DNA of 24,000 nt from Chlorobium sp. (GTDB lineage: Bacteria; Bacteroidota; Chlorobiia; Chlorobiales; Chlorobiaceae), in the NCBI GenBank assembly GCA_028282595.1, contig JANQHQ010000036.1, forward strand, positions 50,553-74,552. Reading direction: 5' to 3'. Made by a program: the position numbers and the translations under genes. The notes under the pieces were generated by a model. It had not been told where the DNA came from, did not search any database, and was given only the letters and a program-made list of their open reading frames with translations. Positions 15,601 to 24,000 of this stretch are shown one piece after another; the first letter of the stretch is position 1, and each line of letters begins with the position of its first letter.

Positions 15601-18483
15601 GTACATCACGTCATTGCCTGCGGGGTTGATGCCCAGTTTTTTCAAACGCTTGATCAACAGCAGTGAACGTGTGCCTGACACATCTTCCGCATCAAATTCA
15701 TATAGCAGGCGTAGTGGAACCATTCGCGTCGAAGCTTGTCGCCTGATCGCTTCGAGCGCGCTTGAGGCTTTCTGACGCCCCTGTTCCAGGTTGTCCCGAA
15801 GAATTCCGGCAAGGCCGTCGGGTATCTCCGTTCTCGCGATCTCGATTTCGCGCAATAAGCGCTCTGCAATTCCCGGGTTTTCCGCGGCACATGTACGTGC
15901 TCCAGCGCATTGTGCCTCACCGTGTTCTTCCAAGTCTGCCAGCAAAAGGCCTTCACTGACCGCAATACGGTGCAACTCGTCATACATGGCTTCACGCACA
16001 AGGTCCAAGTAATGTGTTCGTTCAATTCCATTCGAGATGGACGCTGCATCCTCTCTGCTGTCCGAGAAAACCACGAGTTTGCGGGTATCCCCTTCGGGAA
16101 GGCTATAGAAAAGCTCCTTGGATAGAAGCTGACTCACGCGAGAAAAACCTGTTCTAAATCCACGCACTGGTGATGTGCGGTACATTTTTCTGCTGTAGTT
16201 GGCCGCACAGTTGGGACAACATGATGGTAGCGCCGAGAAGTTCTGCTCATCGTCAGCCCCATCGATGGCGGGAATGACATACAGGTATCCCGGAATAGCC
16301 GTGCCTTCTGGCGCCAGTGGACCGTTCGGAGCATCGGTAACGCGACCACTGAATGCATCAAGGTGTTTGATGGCCCAGCGAGCTTGTTCTGAACCGTCGA
16401 GGACAACACGCGGCTGACGCCATGTTCGCGCATCATCTTTTAGCATGCTTCTGCCTCTTGGCCAGAAGATCGCAAAGTCACCGTAGGTCTTCCGGTCCAC
16501 AAACCGAGCCGCCTGTTTGTCGGGAAGCCCTTCAATGTCCGGGTCCGTGCTCAGGATCTCGATTCCTCTCCCATCGCGATTCCGAAGTCGGCTGCCACCA
16601 AAGAAAATAGTCCCGCACTGCTCGCAGTATAAAACCTCCAACACACGATGCTGTGTATCAGGATTCTCGCAGAAAATCCGGTTCTGCGAGAAGAGTTTGC
16701 CTGCCGGTCTGACGCCATCAAAATGAGCACCGTCACACTGGCATCCGGGCTGAACGCATGCCCAGAGGCCTTCGATGTTCCTGAAGAACCAGTGAAATCG
16801 AAAAGATGGCAGTATTGGTGCTGCATGCTGAGAGGCTGCAATTCCGCGCGCGACAAGAAGTCCACGCACTGCTTGCATCGCCATCTCCTCGCTGCCCGCG
16901 TCTGGAAAAACTCGGGCCGCAAAGTCAGAAATCGATATTGCCCTGGTACGATTCCCGTCCTTACATGCAAGGAGCATGGTCTTAGCTAACGTTTCCTGCA
17001 CGGACTGCAGAGCAGAACACAGGTGCGTCTGAGGATCGTCACCAGTTGCAGCAGGGTTCAGCGACGTTGCTAGCAACGTACAGGATTCAGCGAGGCTGTC
17101 AGTAGTATTACCAGCTCGGATGCCATCGGCAAAATTTGCGAATGCTGCAGCATAGAGAGTACCGTCATCATCCTCGGCAATCGGTTGTTCAGATCCAGCG
17201 AGGATCTGAGAGGCTGACCAGTTACATCCGAAGAAATCTGAGAGAAACGATAGACTGTCGGTATTGGATGGATCGAGGGACGCACTGGACGCCAAGATGC
17301 GCAACCTGGGATCGGTTGGTGAAAGACCAAGCCTGCGGAAAAGAAGCCGCAAGAGATATGCAACTTCCGTTCCTGAAGTCCCGCGGTAAAGATGAAGTTC
17401 ATCAATGATCAGATGAAACACGTTACCTGGTTGTTCGAGCCATTGACGAGTCTGCTCAAATATTGGCGAATCAGCTTCTCTCATCAGCATGATACTGAGC
17501 ATGCTGTAGTTCGTGATAAGGATATCGGGCGGCGATTGCTGCATATCCCAGCGAGAGCGCATTTCAGCACCATCAAGACGAGGGAAAAAATAGATACTGT
17601 CGCGTGCCGCTTCGCGTTCTTCTTCGGACGATGCTTCTGCCTCCCGCCGAGCGGCGTGCACAGCCGCCTCGGTTGCGCCTCGATCCAGAACCGTTAGTTC
17701 TCTGGCAAGTCTCTCAATGCGCCCTCGATCCGGGTTCCCGCTTTGGTTCTGCTCGTGACCTGGTACGGGGGTGTTCCCGGTGTACCGACCAAAGTAGATC
17801 CGGTTTCCGTTCATGTGTTCAGAGCACCATTCTCGAGCTGAATCGGAATCCAGTGCACGCCGGAGACGTGTTAGCTGGTCCTCTACAAGCGCGTTCATGG
17901 GATATAGAATAAGGGCTCGCACGGCTGCCGGTCTGGTCTCATGTCCTCGCTGCGGAACGCGGTACGAACGTGCTATTCGGTTTCTGCTATTGCAAGATGC
18001 TTGCCAATCCTCGTTCGACCACCAATCATTGACATGAGGATCCTGCGCTCCGGGTTTTCCCCAATGGATGCTTTCAGCAGCAATCGACGCAAATAAAGGT
18101 AACAAGAAAGACTCTGTCTTACCGGAACCGGTCCCTGCCGTAACGACTGCATTCTGGCCGGTGACGGCACGCTGCAACATTGCAATCTGGTGGGCATAAA
18201 GGGGGTAGTTGCCTACCAAACCTGAGAGCGAGAGCTCTTTGAATCTCGCGACAGCTTCGGGGCTCATACCAGGCAAGTCTTCTGCTGTCAGTGCAGCAAG
18301 AGGCCGGTCGGTTGTGTAACGTGGAAGAGGTTCAATCCAAGGCTCTTGGTTTAAAATCCCCGGACGCCTTAGCATTTCTTCACGCTCCTGCTCCAATCCT
18401 GGAAATTGAGTGCCAAACGCTGTCTTCAGGTACAGGATGAAGTTGTCCCGGATCTTTTCAAAAGCACCAACTGGGTCATTCAT
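12637..18483 (-). CDS. Giant DExH-box helicase fused to a DUF1998 (MrfA/YprA-type zinc-binding) domain; DruE-like / DrmA+DrmB-like
   Basis: 1948 aa. Helicase motifs:
- motif [12 protein letters not shown] (about 18115-18135)
- motif Ia [13 protein letters not shown]
- motif Ib ILITNYSML
- motif [11 protein letters not shown] (17392-17403)
- motif III ILASSAS
- motif [13 protein letters not shown] (aa ~803)
- motifs [19 protein letters not shown]...[12 protein letters not shown] (14620-14655)
The C-terminal region has CDLCHF-x14-CPDCG and [27 protein letters not shown] (12994-13059), which is DUF1998-like. Confidence 0.85.
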   Translation of the reverse strand: MNDPVGAFEKIRDNFILYLKTAFGTQFPGLEQEREEMLRRPGILNQEPWIEPLPRYTTDRPLAALTAEDLPGMSPEAVARFKELSLSGLVGNYPLYAHQIAMLQRAVTGQNAVVTAGTGSGKTESFLLPLFASIAAESIHWGKPGAQDPHVNDWWSNEDWQASCNSRNRIARSYRVPQRGHETRPAAVRALILYPMNALVEDQLTRLRRALDSDSAREWCSEHMNGNRIYFGRYTGNTPVPGHEQNQSGNPDRGRIERLARELTVLDRGATEAAVHAARREAEASSEEEREAARDSIYFFPRLDGAEMRSRWDMQQSPPDILITNYSMLSIMLMREADSPIFEQTRQWLEQPGNVFHLIIDELHLYRGTSGTEVAYLLRLLFRRLGLSPTDPRLRILASSASLDPSNTDSLSFLSDFFGCNWSASQILAGSEQPIAEDDDGTLYAAAFANFADGIRAGNTTDSLAESCTLLATSLNPAATGDDPQTHLCSALQSVQETLAKTMLLACKDGNRTRAISISDFAARVFPDAGSEEMAMQAVRGLLVARGIAASQHAAPILPSFRFHWFFRNIEGLWACVQPGCQCDGAHFDGVRPAGKLFSQNRIFCENPDTQHRVLEVLYCEQCGTIFFGGSRLRNRDGRGIEILSTDPDIEGLPDKQAARFVDRKTYGDFAIFWPRGRSMLKDDARTWRQPRVVLDGSEQARWAIKHLDAFSGRVTDAPNGPLAPEGTAIPGYLYVIPAIDGADDEQNFSALPSCCPNCAANYSRKMYRTSPVRGFRTGFSRVSQLLSKELFYSLPEGDTRKLVVFSDSREDAASISNGIERTHYLDLVREAMYDELHRIAVSEGLLLADLEEHGEAQCAGARTCAAENPGIAERLLREIEIARTEIPDGLAGILRDNLEQGRQKASSALEAIRRQASTRMVPLRLLYEFDAEDVSGTRSLLLIKRLKKLGINPAGNDVMYQMFNFEGEDHHWTEFFDYTNSDACWRNGLPESAIERRDRVRGKVRTEIMNVLFSRLYFGFESAGLGYACLDLSDEVWEEHAGRAGLPPDTFRDLCHGCVRIMGDLYRYHQERQPAPDWLDDWMNWDPPARARLRNYIRACATQNGADASTLLAGTWDAICQAGGHESAKLQAHRLLVRLGLQDDPIWVCPSCQRVHMHRAAGVCTGCLGEINREPDAQCQDLHSKNYYASEAVEHRAPLRLHCEELTAQTDDQPDRQRCFRDVVVRTEADRARPPILLVDSIDLLSVTTTMEVGVDIGNLQAVVLANMPPMRFNYQQRVGRAGRRGQAFAAVLTLCRGRSHDEFYYSRPRRITGDLPPVPFLSMRREEIAKRLLAKACLSEAFRAAGVRWWDSPTPPDSHGEFGTVADWLGNPDRRQAVEEWLTASPEVPQVVASILASTEGVSVGDMVTYVRENLFAQVQECANSVELVGEGLAERLAEGAILPMYGMPSRVRLLFHGFRRREAMTIDRDLDLAITEFAPGSQKTKDKRVYTSIGFTCPLLPDPSWHPVSGNPFPRRMWMARCDLCHFVDTYNAEPDMAGCPDCGNSREGENAFRVFEIVIPAAFRTSFSHGVDAKADDEFLPRGTSSVAEKTDVPPVVVPSTNTGLVPTSGGHVYRINDRAGRLFTGGLGSARWSRGGVTLSHQWIDERYQNIRGDDNVLFTAETAQTDSFALAAPKVTDVLRIRPHSLHPSLCLDLIPRNQLGQAAAVKAAYYSAAFILRSVVAEDLDIDPEEIDISTVRAIELDDGTHAGEVIVNDHLENGAGFTAWLSQEDNWRRVLDIITGAEHDEDTFIEKLLSAEHANACQSACYDCLCLYRNMSYHSLLDWRLGMSILRILADPAYVCGVNGDFSSPELTGWLEFSGSLCTTFCQSFQSCEPAEFGPLHGWNIADQSVILTHPLWNTEQPDGILAEARASLGADAPVCIVDTFNLHRRMSWVYQRLGT

Positions 18484-18635
18484 AACAAATGTCCTTAAAA
18501 CTTGCTTTACTGACAGAATTAATCAACAAAAACGCTGTAACACATTGAGCATCGCATCAATCAAAGGTTATCATGATCATGTGTTCTTGTGCCTCTTGGT
18601 GATTTTCATGAAATATACCCTCAATGACAGAACGT

Positions 18636-19628
18636 TTATCGAATTTCAACTCTTGCCGGTCTTTGTCCTACCTTTGAGAGAGCAACCAGCGCGATCTGTG
18701 GAGGAACGTCCTCATACATCAGCCAATCTGCGCATTCACAGCCGGGGACTAGCTTCTCCTCAGGTTTGTGGACAGGTGGTTGCCCTGAGCACAGGCAAAC
18801 GGCTCTGGATATGACTGAGGGCAGCGGAATCCTTACAGGAATGCACAACCGGTATCTCCTTTCATCATAAGCTGCCACAGTTATTCCTTTGGCGTTAAGG
18901 TTTAAATAACGGCCCCAGTCTCGATCCACCTTTGCTCCTGAACCATCCCGGAAAAATACATACGTAGGAAGTGTTGTTGTTGGATTGAGATATTTAGAAA
19001 GGCGAGGAAGCGAATCCGAACGTGTCCGCTGAAACATGTGCGTGCTAACGCAGAAATCGTAACGAGTCCAGCCGAAGTTTTCAGGGATACTGTAGTCCAG
19101 CATTTTCTCGTACTCCAAAAGCGTGCCGCACCAATTCACGAACGTCCATGCTGGAGGAATTTTTGGGCAACGAAGCCCAAGCTTCTCAGTGAACGCAGCC
19201 AATACCTTATCTGATTCAGATTGAATTTTTATGGTGTCAGGAAACAGACCATGAGGTCCGGGATAACGTTTAGTGATGATCTTAATAGAGCCGCTTTGCG
19301 CATTTGCTGCTTCGGCGAGCTGTTCTTGAGTCTTCAAGCAACGAGCACCGGTAAGCACAGCAACTGGCAATCCTGCACGTGGTAGCCGACAAAGTGAGGC
19401 AGGTGATGCTGTTATTATACTCTTTCCATTTTCGTAGTAAGCATCGCAGTGTCCGAGGGCTTCATAGCATTGCAATAGTCCGCTTCGGATAGCTGCTAAG
19501 TTAGATGTACGCTCTTCGCTCAATTTGTTTGCGGAAAGGAAATCAATGGCATCACAGTAATCAGCCCATCTCATTTTTCCACGAGCAGATATGACAAAAA
19601 GCAATCGGTTAGGATCAGCGTATATCAT
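18636..19628 (-). CDS. Hypothetical protein, 330 aa, no recognisable motif (operon partner of the helicase)
   Basis: Clean ORF. The ATG is preceded by AAGGAGG 7 nt upstream. Its start overlaps the end of the 684-aa gene by 14 nt. Its stop lies 152 nt from the helicase start. No P-loop, nuclease or HTH signature visible. Confidence 0.7.
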   Translation of the reverse strand: MIYADPNRLLFVISARGKMRWADYCDAIDFLSANKLSEERTSNLAAIRSGLLQCYEALGHCDAYYENGKSIITASPASLCRLPRAGLPVAVLTGARCLKTQEQLAEAANAQSGSIKIITKRYPGPHGLFPDTIKIQSESDKVLAAFTEKLGLRCPKIPPAWTFVNWCGTLLEYEKMLDYSIPENFGWTRYDFCVSTHMFQRTRSDSLPRLSKYLNPTTTLPTYVFFRDGSGAKVDRDWGRYLNLNAKGITVAAYDERRYRLCIPVRIPLPSVISRAVCLCSGQPPVHKPEEKLVPGCECADWLMYEDVPPQIALVALSKVGQRPARVEIR

Positions 19629-21669
19629 GTGCGACCTCCTTATAATCCTTCCACAATGCTTGCAGTGCAGGAAGTGAAGGGGTAGAAATCCGCTTGCGCT
19701 TGTGCCAAAGGACTTCCTTCCAAAGGCGCAAACGCCGATGGTCCATGCATTGGATTCTTTTCGGTTTTTCGCTGGAGGGGTCTAAACCGCAATAGATGGC
19801 ATTTCCCTTGCCTTTCTTTTTCATAATCACTGCCCAAACAGGCTTCCAGTCATCTGATATGGATTCTCTTGGGCACTCAACAATTTCTCCTGGATTTCGT
19901 CCGATAAAATAGATTCGATTACCTTCGCTCGGCGGCAAGTAAACTTCAAGGCTCAAATCAGGGGGCGCAAAGCCGTCAACAATTATACCGGAACATGATT
20001 CATTTGAGCTACTATCGACCCTGTTACCAAACTTGTTTAATTGTGTTTCCGCTACCGTATTTAACCATGCTGATGATTCCAAGGCGTATAGAGATTTTGT
20101 ACGAACGCAATCGCCATTACGGCGTACTTCGAGTCTTATAAGCTTTTGGGCGCAGACCTCATCGGGGATATTATATAAACCAGTATCACAATCTGCCTTC
20201 AGAGGGATGTCGTTGCAAAACAGTTCTACTGGCTCGGGGGCTCCCCTAACCTCTATACGAGGCAGGCCGAATGTGAAATACTGGTTTCCACGATATTTAA
20301 GACCGCCAATAAACCGGATGCGCAATAGAGTAGGAAATGCGAGGAGAGGCAGAGTATCGCGAATGATCTCGTCGGAATTTGCCCTTTGAATTGAGTACAG
20401 CCGCCAACCTTCTGGCAAACCGGCAAGCATTTGAACCTCAGAAAAACCAGTGCAACAAGCAGTACCCCAAGTTTGTATTTTATCAATGTAATCCTTGTAA
20501 ACTAGCAGGTAAAATGGCTTGTCCTGAGGTATCTGGCTTTCCTCGATACATCCGTCGAAGCCAAATGGGGAAGCACTGACCATAACTCTGACCGGCCGCC
20601 TTGAAAGTGAAGTCCGCCATGAGTGTTCAGTGTCCTCAAGATTCAAGCCAACATGCCAATCAAGAAATGCAGCATCAAATATATTTTGTGTCTCATCCTC
20701 ACAAAGTATGGTTGACCACCCCTGCCTGTCCTCATAGCAATATAATGGCTCTGCACCATCATTTTGGACAAGTCGCAGCCCTTCCTCAGGGTACTCACGA
20801 TTCGATCTGCACCGCAAAGAAAAGTGGACCGTTTTGGCGGTTGGGTCAAGTGTCATCCCTATGCGTAGGGTCCCGAGCGAACTTCCTGTCTTCTCCCCAA
20901 GTTCCACCTGTGGCGGAATAGTACCATCCCAGTCTTCAAGTTCGTCCATAATCGCGGCCAGGAGCACTTCATGCGCTGCGGACTCCTCGGAGCTACGATT
21001 TTCCAGAAGACCCTTCGTGTGAGGCAGCAGGTAGTGGTGCATTTCTCGAGCGAGCAGATGGGAGAGTTCCCTGTCTGCAGGTGGGGAGGACGGATCGAAA
21101 CCGTTCTCAGCAAATAGCAACGGGAGCTTGTGGCGTTCGTCATCGGTTAGAATTGTCTGTGCTTTTGGCAGCCCTACGTACTCCCTGCTCCCCAGAATAT
21201 CAGCATGAAAGATGCCTAGTTCGCCGTTCTTATCCTGGTTGCTCCACACTTCAAGGTCAAACCAGAGTTCATACATCCTGTCGAAAGACGGATAGCTTCC
21301 TGCCACAGGCTCTACTCCCAGCAAATGACGAAGTCCAGGGTAGTAGGACGCACGTGAGAATCCCGGAACCGGAACGGTATCAGCAAGTGAAAACAGCGTA
21401 AGATATGCAAGGTAAGGAGGGTATTCCAGATGTCGATCGCGCCAAGCGTCATAGGCTTGAAGTGCCTGCTGACAAATGCTCCAACCGTGACGGGAATTCC
21501 ATGGTGGCCCTGTTTTTACAGCGGCAAGAAAATCATTGTGATCAACGTCATATGTAGCACCAATCTCATTGATTAAGTCAATAGTGACATAAAGGAAAAC
21601 ACGGGTGCCACTTCTATCTGAATTGAAAAAGCGTTTTCCTATAGCATTATTCCATGACAAATAATCCAC
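19615..21669 (-). CDS. Hypothetical protein, 684 aa, no recognisable motif (first gene of the candidate defence operon)
   Basis: Long uninterrupted ORF with a GTG start (MDYLSWNNAIGKRFFN...). No obvious SD. No Walker, nuclease or HTH motif seen. Lower GC than the helicase by hand counts. Confidence 0.65.
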   Translation of the reverse strand: MDYLSWNNAIGKRFFNSDRSGTRVFLYVTIDLINEIGATYDVDHNDFLAAVKTGPPWNSRHGWSICQQALQAYDAWRDRHLEYPPYLAYLTLFSLADTVPVPGFSRASYYPGLRHLLGVEPVAGSYPSFDRMYELWFDLEVWSNQDKNGELGIFHADILGSREYVGLPKAQTILTDDERHKLPLLFAENGFDPSSPPADRELSHLLAREMHHYLLPHTKGLLENRSSEESAAHEVLLAAIMDELEDWDGTIPPQVELGEKTGSSLGTLRIGMTLDPTAKTVHFSLRCRSNREYPEEGLRLVQNDGAEPLYCYEDRQGWSTILCEDETQNIFDAAFLDWHVGLNLEDTEHSWRTSLSRRPVRVMVSASPFGFDGCIEESQIPQDKPFYLLVYKDYIDKIQTWGTACCTGFSEVQMLAGLPEGWRLYSIQRANSDEIIRDTLPLLAFPTLLRIRFIGGLKYRGNQYFTFGLPRIEVRGAPEPVELFCNDIPLKADCDTGLYNIPDEVCAQKLIRLEVRRNGDCVRTKSLYALESSAWLNTVAETQLNKFGNRVDSSSNESCSGIIVDGFAPPDLSLEVYLPPSEGNRIYFIGRNPGEIVECPRESISDDWKPVWAVIMKKKGKGNAIYCGLDPSSEKPKRIQCMDHRRLRLWKEVLWHKRKRISTPSLPALQALWKDYKEVAHDIR

Positions 21670-21865
21670 GTTACCAAGTATTCAGTTTTATATCAACCAC
21701 GTCTTTTTGGTAAAATTCGCTGTACATCAACGCACAAGGCTTCCCTTGTCGATTATAGATCGAAAAAACACAGGAGCCAACTTCAAGGGTGGCAGAGCCT
21801 CAAAGTTATGAAAAAGCAATACCATATAATATACTGTGAACACACAGCGAGAGAAGAGAAAACAC

Positions 21866-21883
21866 GCATTATCCCGATAATGC
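21866..21883 (-). terminator. Possible intrinsic terminator downstream of tRNA-Ala
   Basis: The minus strand reads GCATTATcgggATAATGC followed by GTGTTTTCTCTTCTCTC. A second small hairpin, GTTTCG-N7-CGAAAC, lies at 21891-21909. The stem is AT-rich and short. Confidence 0.3.
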
Positions 21884-22038
21884 CAAGCACGTTTCGCAAC
21901 TCACGAAACATCACATTCAGAAGCTTGCTCTGACTTCCCGTCTTTAGAGGCAATCGAGTGCATAGCCGGATGAAGCAACACGAAAACCCCTGTTTTCACA
22001 GAGGCTTTGAGATTTGATTATGTCCGATCGCTATGCTG

Positions 22039-22111
22039 TGGAGCTTAGGGGAGTCGAACCCCTGACCTTCTCATTGCGAACGAGACGCTCTACCAACTGA
22101 GCTAAAGCCCC
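22039..22111 (-). tRNA. tRNA-Ala (anticodon CGC)
   Basis: The 73-nt reverse complement GGGGCTTTAGCTCAGTTGGTAGAGCGTCTCGTTCGCAATGAGAAGGTCAGGGGTTCGACTCCCCTAAGCTCCA folds as a cloverleaf. It has a 7-bp acceptor stem with the G3:U70 Ala identity pair, anticodon loop TTCGCAA and T-loop TTCGACT. CCA is not encoded. Confidence 0.92.
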
Positions 22112-22196
22112 ATCTGTACCGGATGAGGAATCCGGCGGTTATCCGGTTCTATTTACGCATTTCGCCGGTATTCTGCAACGGCTCCGGCGCGCGGCG

Positions 22197-22235
22197 AGAG
22201 AAGAAAAAGCCTGCAACCGGAAAGGATGCAGGCTT
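22197..22235 (-). terminator. Rho-independent terminator of atpH
   Basis: The minus strand reads AAGCCTGCA-tcctttccggt-TGCAGGCTT (9-bp stem) followed by TTTCTTCTCT, about 45 nt downstream of the atpH stop. Confidence 0.7.
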
Positions 22236-22278
22236 CGAACGGTATATGACCCGGCCGCTTACGGCGCGGGAAGCGGCG

Positions 22279-22821
22279 TCAGACGCTTTCGCGCAGTGCG
22301 CCTTTCAGCAGCTGCAGCTGGTGCCGCACGCTGCCGTCGAGAATCGTGTCGCCGATCTTGACGGTCGCGCCTCCGAGAAGTTGCTCGTCGAGCGACAGTT
22401 TCGCCCTGATCTTCTTACCCGTATAGGCCGCCAGTCCGTCGATGAGCCGTCCGGACTGCTCCTGGTCGAGCTCGACGGCGCTCCGGACATCGATGTTCAG
22501 GATGCCGCTTCTCTCGTCCCGCAACGCGGCGTACTCGTCGATAACCTCCAGAAGGAGCGGCGCGCGTTTCTTGCGGCAGAGCAGGTCGACGAACAAGAGG
22601 GTCTTCTCGCCGAGCTTCCCCTTGAAAACCTCCTTGAGAACACGGAACTTGGTGTCGCCCTTGACGAGAGGACTCTTGAGCAGTTTGAGCAGTTCCCGGG
22701 ACCCGGAGGCCGTATCCCGGATCATCTCCAGGTCGGCGGTTACCGTATCGACGAAACCGCCCTCTTCAGCGACGTCCAGGAGCGCCGTGGCGTAGCGCCG
22801 GCTTGCAATTGCAGTTGACAT
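22279..22821 (-). CDS. atpH: F-type ATP synthase subunit delta (OSCP)
   Basis: 180 aa. N-terminal [14 protein letters not shown] is typical of OSCP/delta. Follows atpF in the same orientation. Confidence 0.88.
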   Translation of the reverse strand: MSTAIASRRYATALLDVAEEGGFVDTVTADLEMIRDTASGSRELLKLLKSPLVKGDTKFRVLKEVFKGKLGEKTLLFVDLLCRKKRAPLLLEVIDEYAALRDERSGILNIDVRSAVELDQEQSGRLIDGLAAYTGKKIRAKLSLDEQLLGGATVKIGDTILDGSVRHQLQLLKGALRESV

Positions 22822-22836
22822 TACCCGTGCGTTTTC

Positions 22837-23364
22837 TTAGTTACGATTTTCGGAAAGATCCCGGATCATGCTCTCCACGATACCTTTCTGCTTTTCCGCG
22901 TCGAGGTTCGCCATGATGATTTTCTCCGCGCCTTTCACGGCCAGATCGGCGACCTCGTTCCTGAGCTCGTCGAGAGCACGGCGTTTTTCCTGCTCGATCT
23001 CTTCCTTCGCGGATGCGATCATCCTGGACGCCTCTTCCTGGGCTTTCCGGGTAATATCGGAGCGCAGCTTGTCGCCGTACTCCTTTCCTTCGCGAATGAT
23101 CTTTTCAGCGTCGGCATCGGCCCGGGCAAGCAGCTCCGTATTTTTTCTCAGCGCGGCTTCGGCCTCTTCCTTCGCCGTGTGGGCACGGTCGATCGACGAC
23201 TGGATTCCTTTCTCCCTCTCCTCGAGGGCGCCGAGAATCGGACCCCACGCAAACTTTTTGAGAATGAAGAGTACGATGAGAAAGGTAACTACCGTCCAGA
23301 AGATCAGGCCCGGATTCGGATCAAGCAGGCCGCCGCTAAGAAATACAATTCCTGTAGCAAGCAT
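22837..23364 (-). CDS. atpF: F-type ATP synthase F0 subunit b
   Basis: 175 aa. A single N-terminal TM helix ([24 protein letters not shown]) is followed by a long charged helix. Lies between atpE and atpH. Confidence 0.88.
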   Translation of the reverse strand: MLATGIVFLSGGLLDPNPGLIFWTVVTFLIVLFILKKFAWGPILGALEEREKGIQSSIDRAHTAKEEAEAALRKNTELLARADADAEKIIREGKEYGDKLRSDITRKAQEEASRMIASAKEEIEQEKRRALDELRNEVADLAVKGAEKIIMANLDAEKQKGIVESMIRDLSENRN

Positions 23365-23459
23365 GGAACTCAGTTCTCCTTTATGGAATTAAATGAAGTC
23401 CGGTTGCGACAGCTCGTATCTGGCGCAACCGGATGCAAACACCTTACCTATATTTTCGC

Positions 23460-23747
<288 letters not shown>

Positions 23748-23796
23748 CTAAACCCGGATAAAAGTACAGAATATATAAAAAATAACCCGATTCACC

Positions 23797-24000
23797 TCAA
23801 TGCGCGGCCTCACCTTCTTCGTGCCCCTCGTGTGCGGCTGCAAGTCCGATGAACAGCGCCGAAAGCATGGTGAAAATAAAGGCCTGCAGGAACGACACGA
23901 AAATTTCGAGCAGGTAGATGAATATCGAGAACGGAACGGAAACGAACATCGCCACGATATAGCTCTTGAGAATGAAGCTGATGAATACCAGGCTGAGGAT
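23797..24000 (-). CDS. atpB: F-type ATP synthase F0 subunit a, C-terminal 67 aa (5' end outside window; absent from ORF track)
   Basis: Hand translation of the minus strand gives [67 protein letters not shown]. The [10 protein letters not shown] pattern is the conserved C-terminal helix of subunit a. The stop is TGA at 23797-23799. Confidence 0.8.
   Translation of the reverse strand: MLSLVFISFILKSYIVAMFVSVPFSIFIYLLEIFVSFLQAFIFTMLSALFIGLAAAHEGHEEGEAAH

Noticed and set aside
21670-22038. att site or direct repeat of the tRNA-Ala 3' end, and an integrase, to define a bona fide integrative element
   Set aside because: By eye I found no copy of the tRNA 3' segment (TGGAGCTTAGGGGAGTCGAACC...) at the left edge (3.7-4.2 kb) or elsewhere. 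No recombinase ORF is present either. The region is therefore reported only as an island, not as a mobile element.
22123-22818. 231-aa plus-strand ORF, and 22442..22795, 22868..23392, 23179..23571 and 23433..23717
   Set aside because: They are antisense to atpH, atpF and atpE, which have unmistakable family signatures.

Overview
The window is a GC-rich bacterial chromosome (about 57-60% GC by hand counts of a few 60-nt lines). Conserved housekeeping flanks bracket an accessory island of about 18 kb with lower, mosaic GC (roughly 3.8-22.0 kb). The left flank is argS (5'-truncated), nadD, bamD, a DUF2892 membrane protein and a secreted DsrE-like protein. The right flank is tRNA-Ala(CGC), then atpH, atpF, atpE and a partial atpB that is missing from the ORF track.

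Island contents, in order:
- a hipBA toxin-antitoxin pair
- a DUF2130-like protein (Zn-ribbon, coiled coil, PD-(D/E)xK)
- two small genes (YdeI/OmdA-like and SnoaL/NTF2-like), each preceded by the same 28-nt element
- a CDF metal transporter with a duplicated cytoplasmic domain, bracketed by a 15-bp direct repeat
- a convergent vsr / C5-cytosine methyltransferase pair

The main item is a minus-strand gene train (10383-21669). It runs 684-aa unknown, 330-aa unknown, 1948-aa DExH helicase fused to a DUF1998 zinc domain, Cas4-like four-Cys PD-(D/E)xK nuclease, C5 methyltransferase. Two junctions are translationally coupled: a 14-nt overlap with an AAGGAGG site, and a TAATG overlap. The architecture resembles Druantia (a DruE-like giant helicase-DUF1998 plus a cytosine methylase, as in type II) and DISARM class 2 (helicase, DUF1998, nuclease, C5 MTase). 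It differs in three ways: the helicase and DUF1998 are fused, a Cas4-like nuclease is welded on, and two upstream proteins show no motif I can recognise. It is a candidate variant or undescribed defence system.

A perfect 23-bp tandem duplication frameshifts the 3' end of the nuclease gene. No integrase, transposase, CRISPR array or rRNA was seen. All calls rest on reading the translations and sequence by eye. No database search was run.
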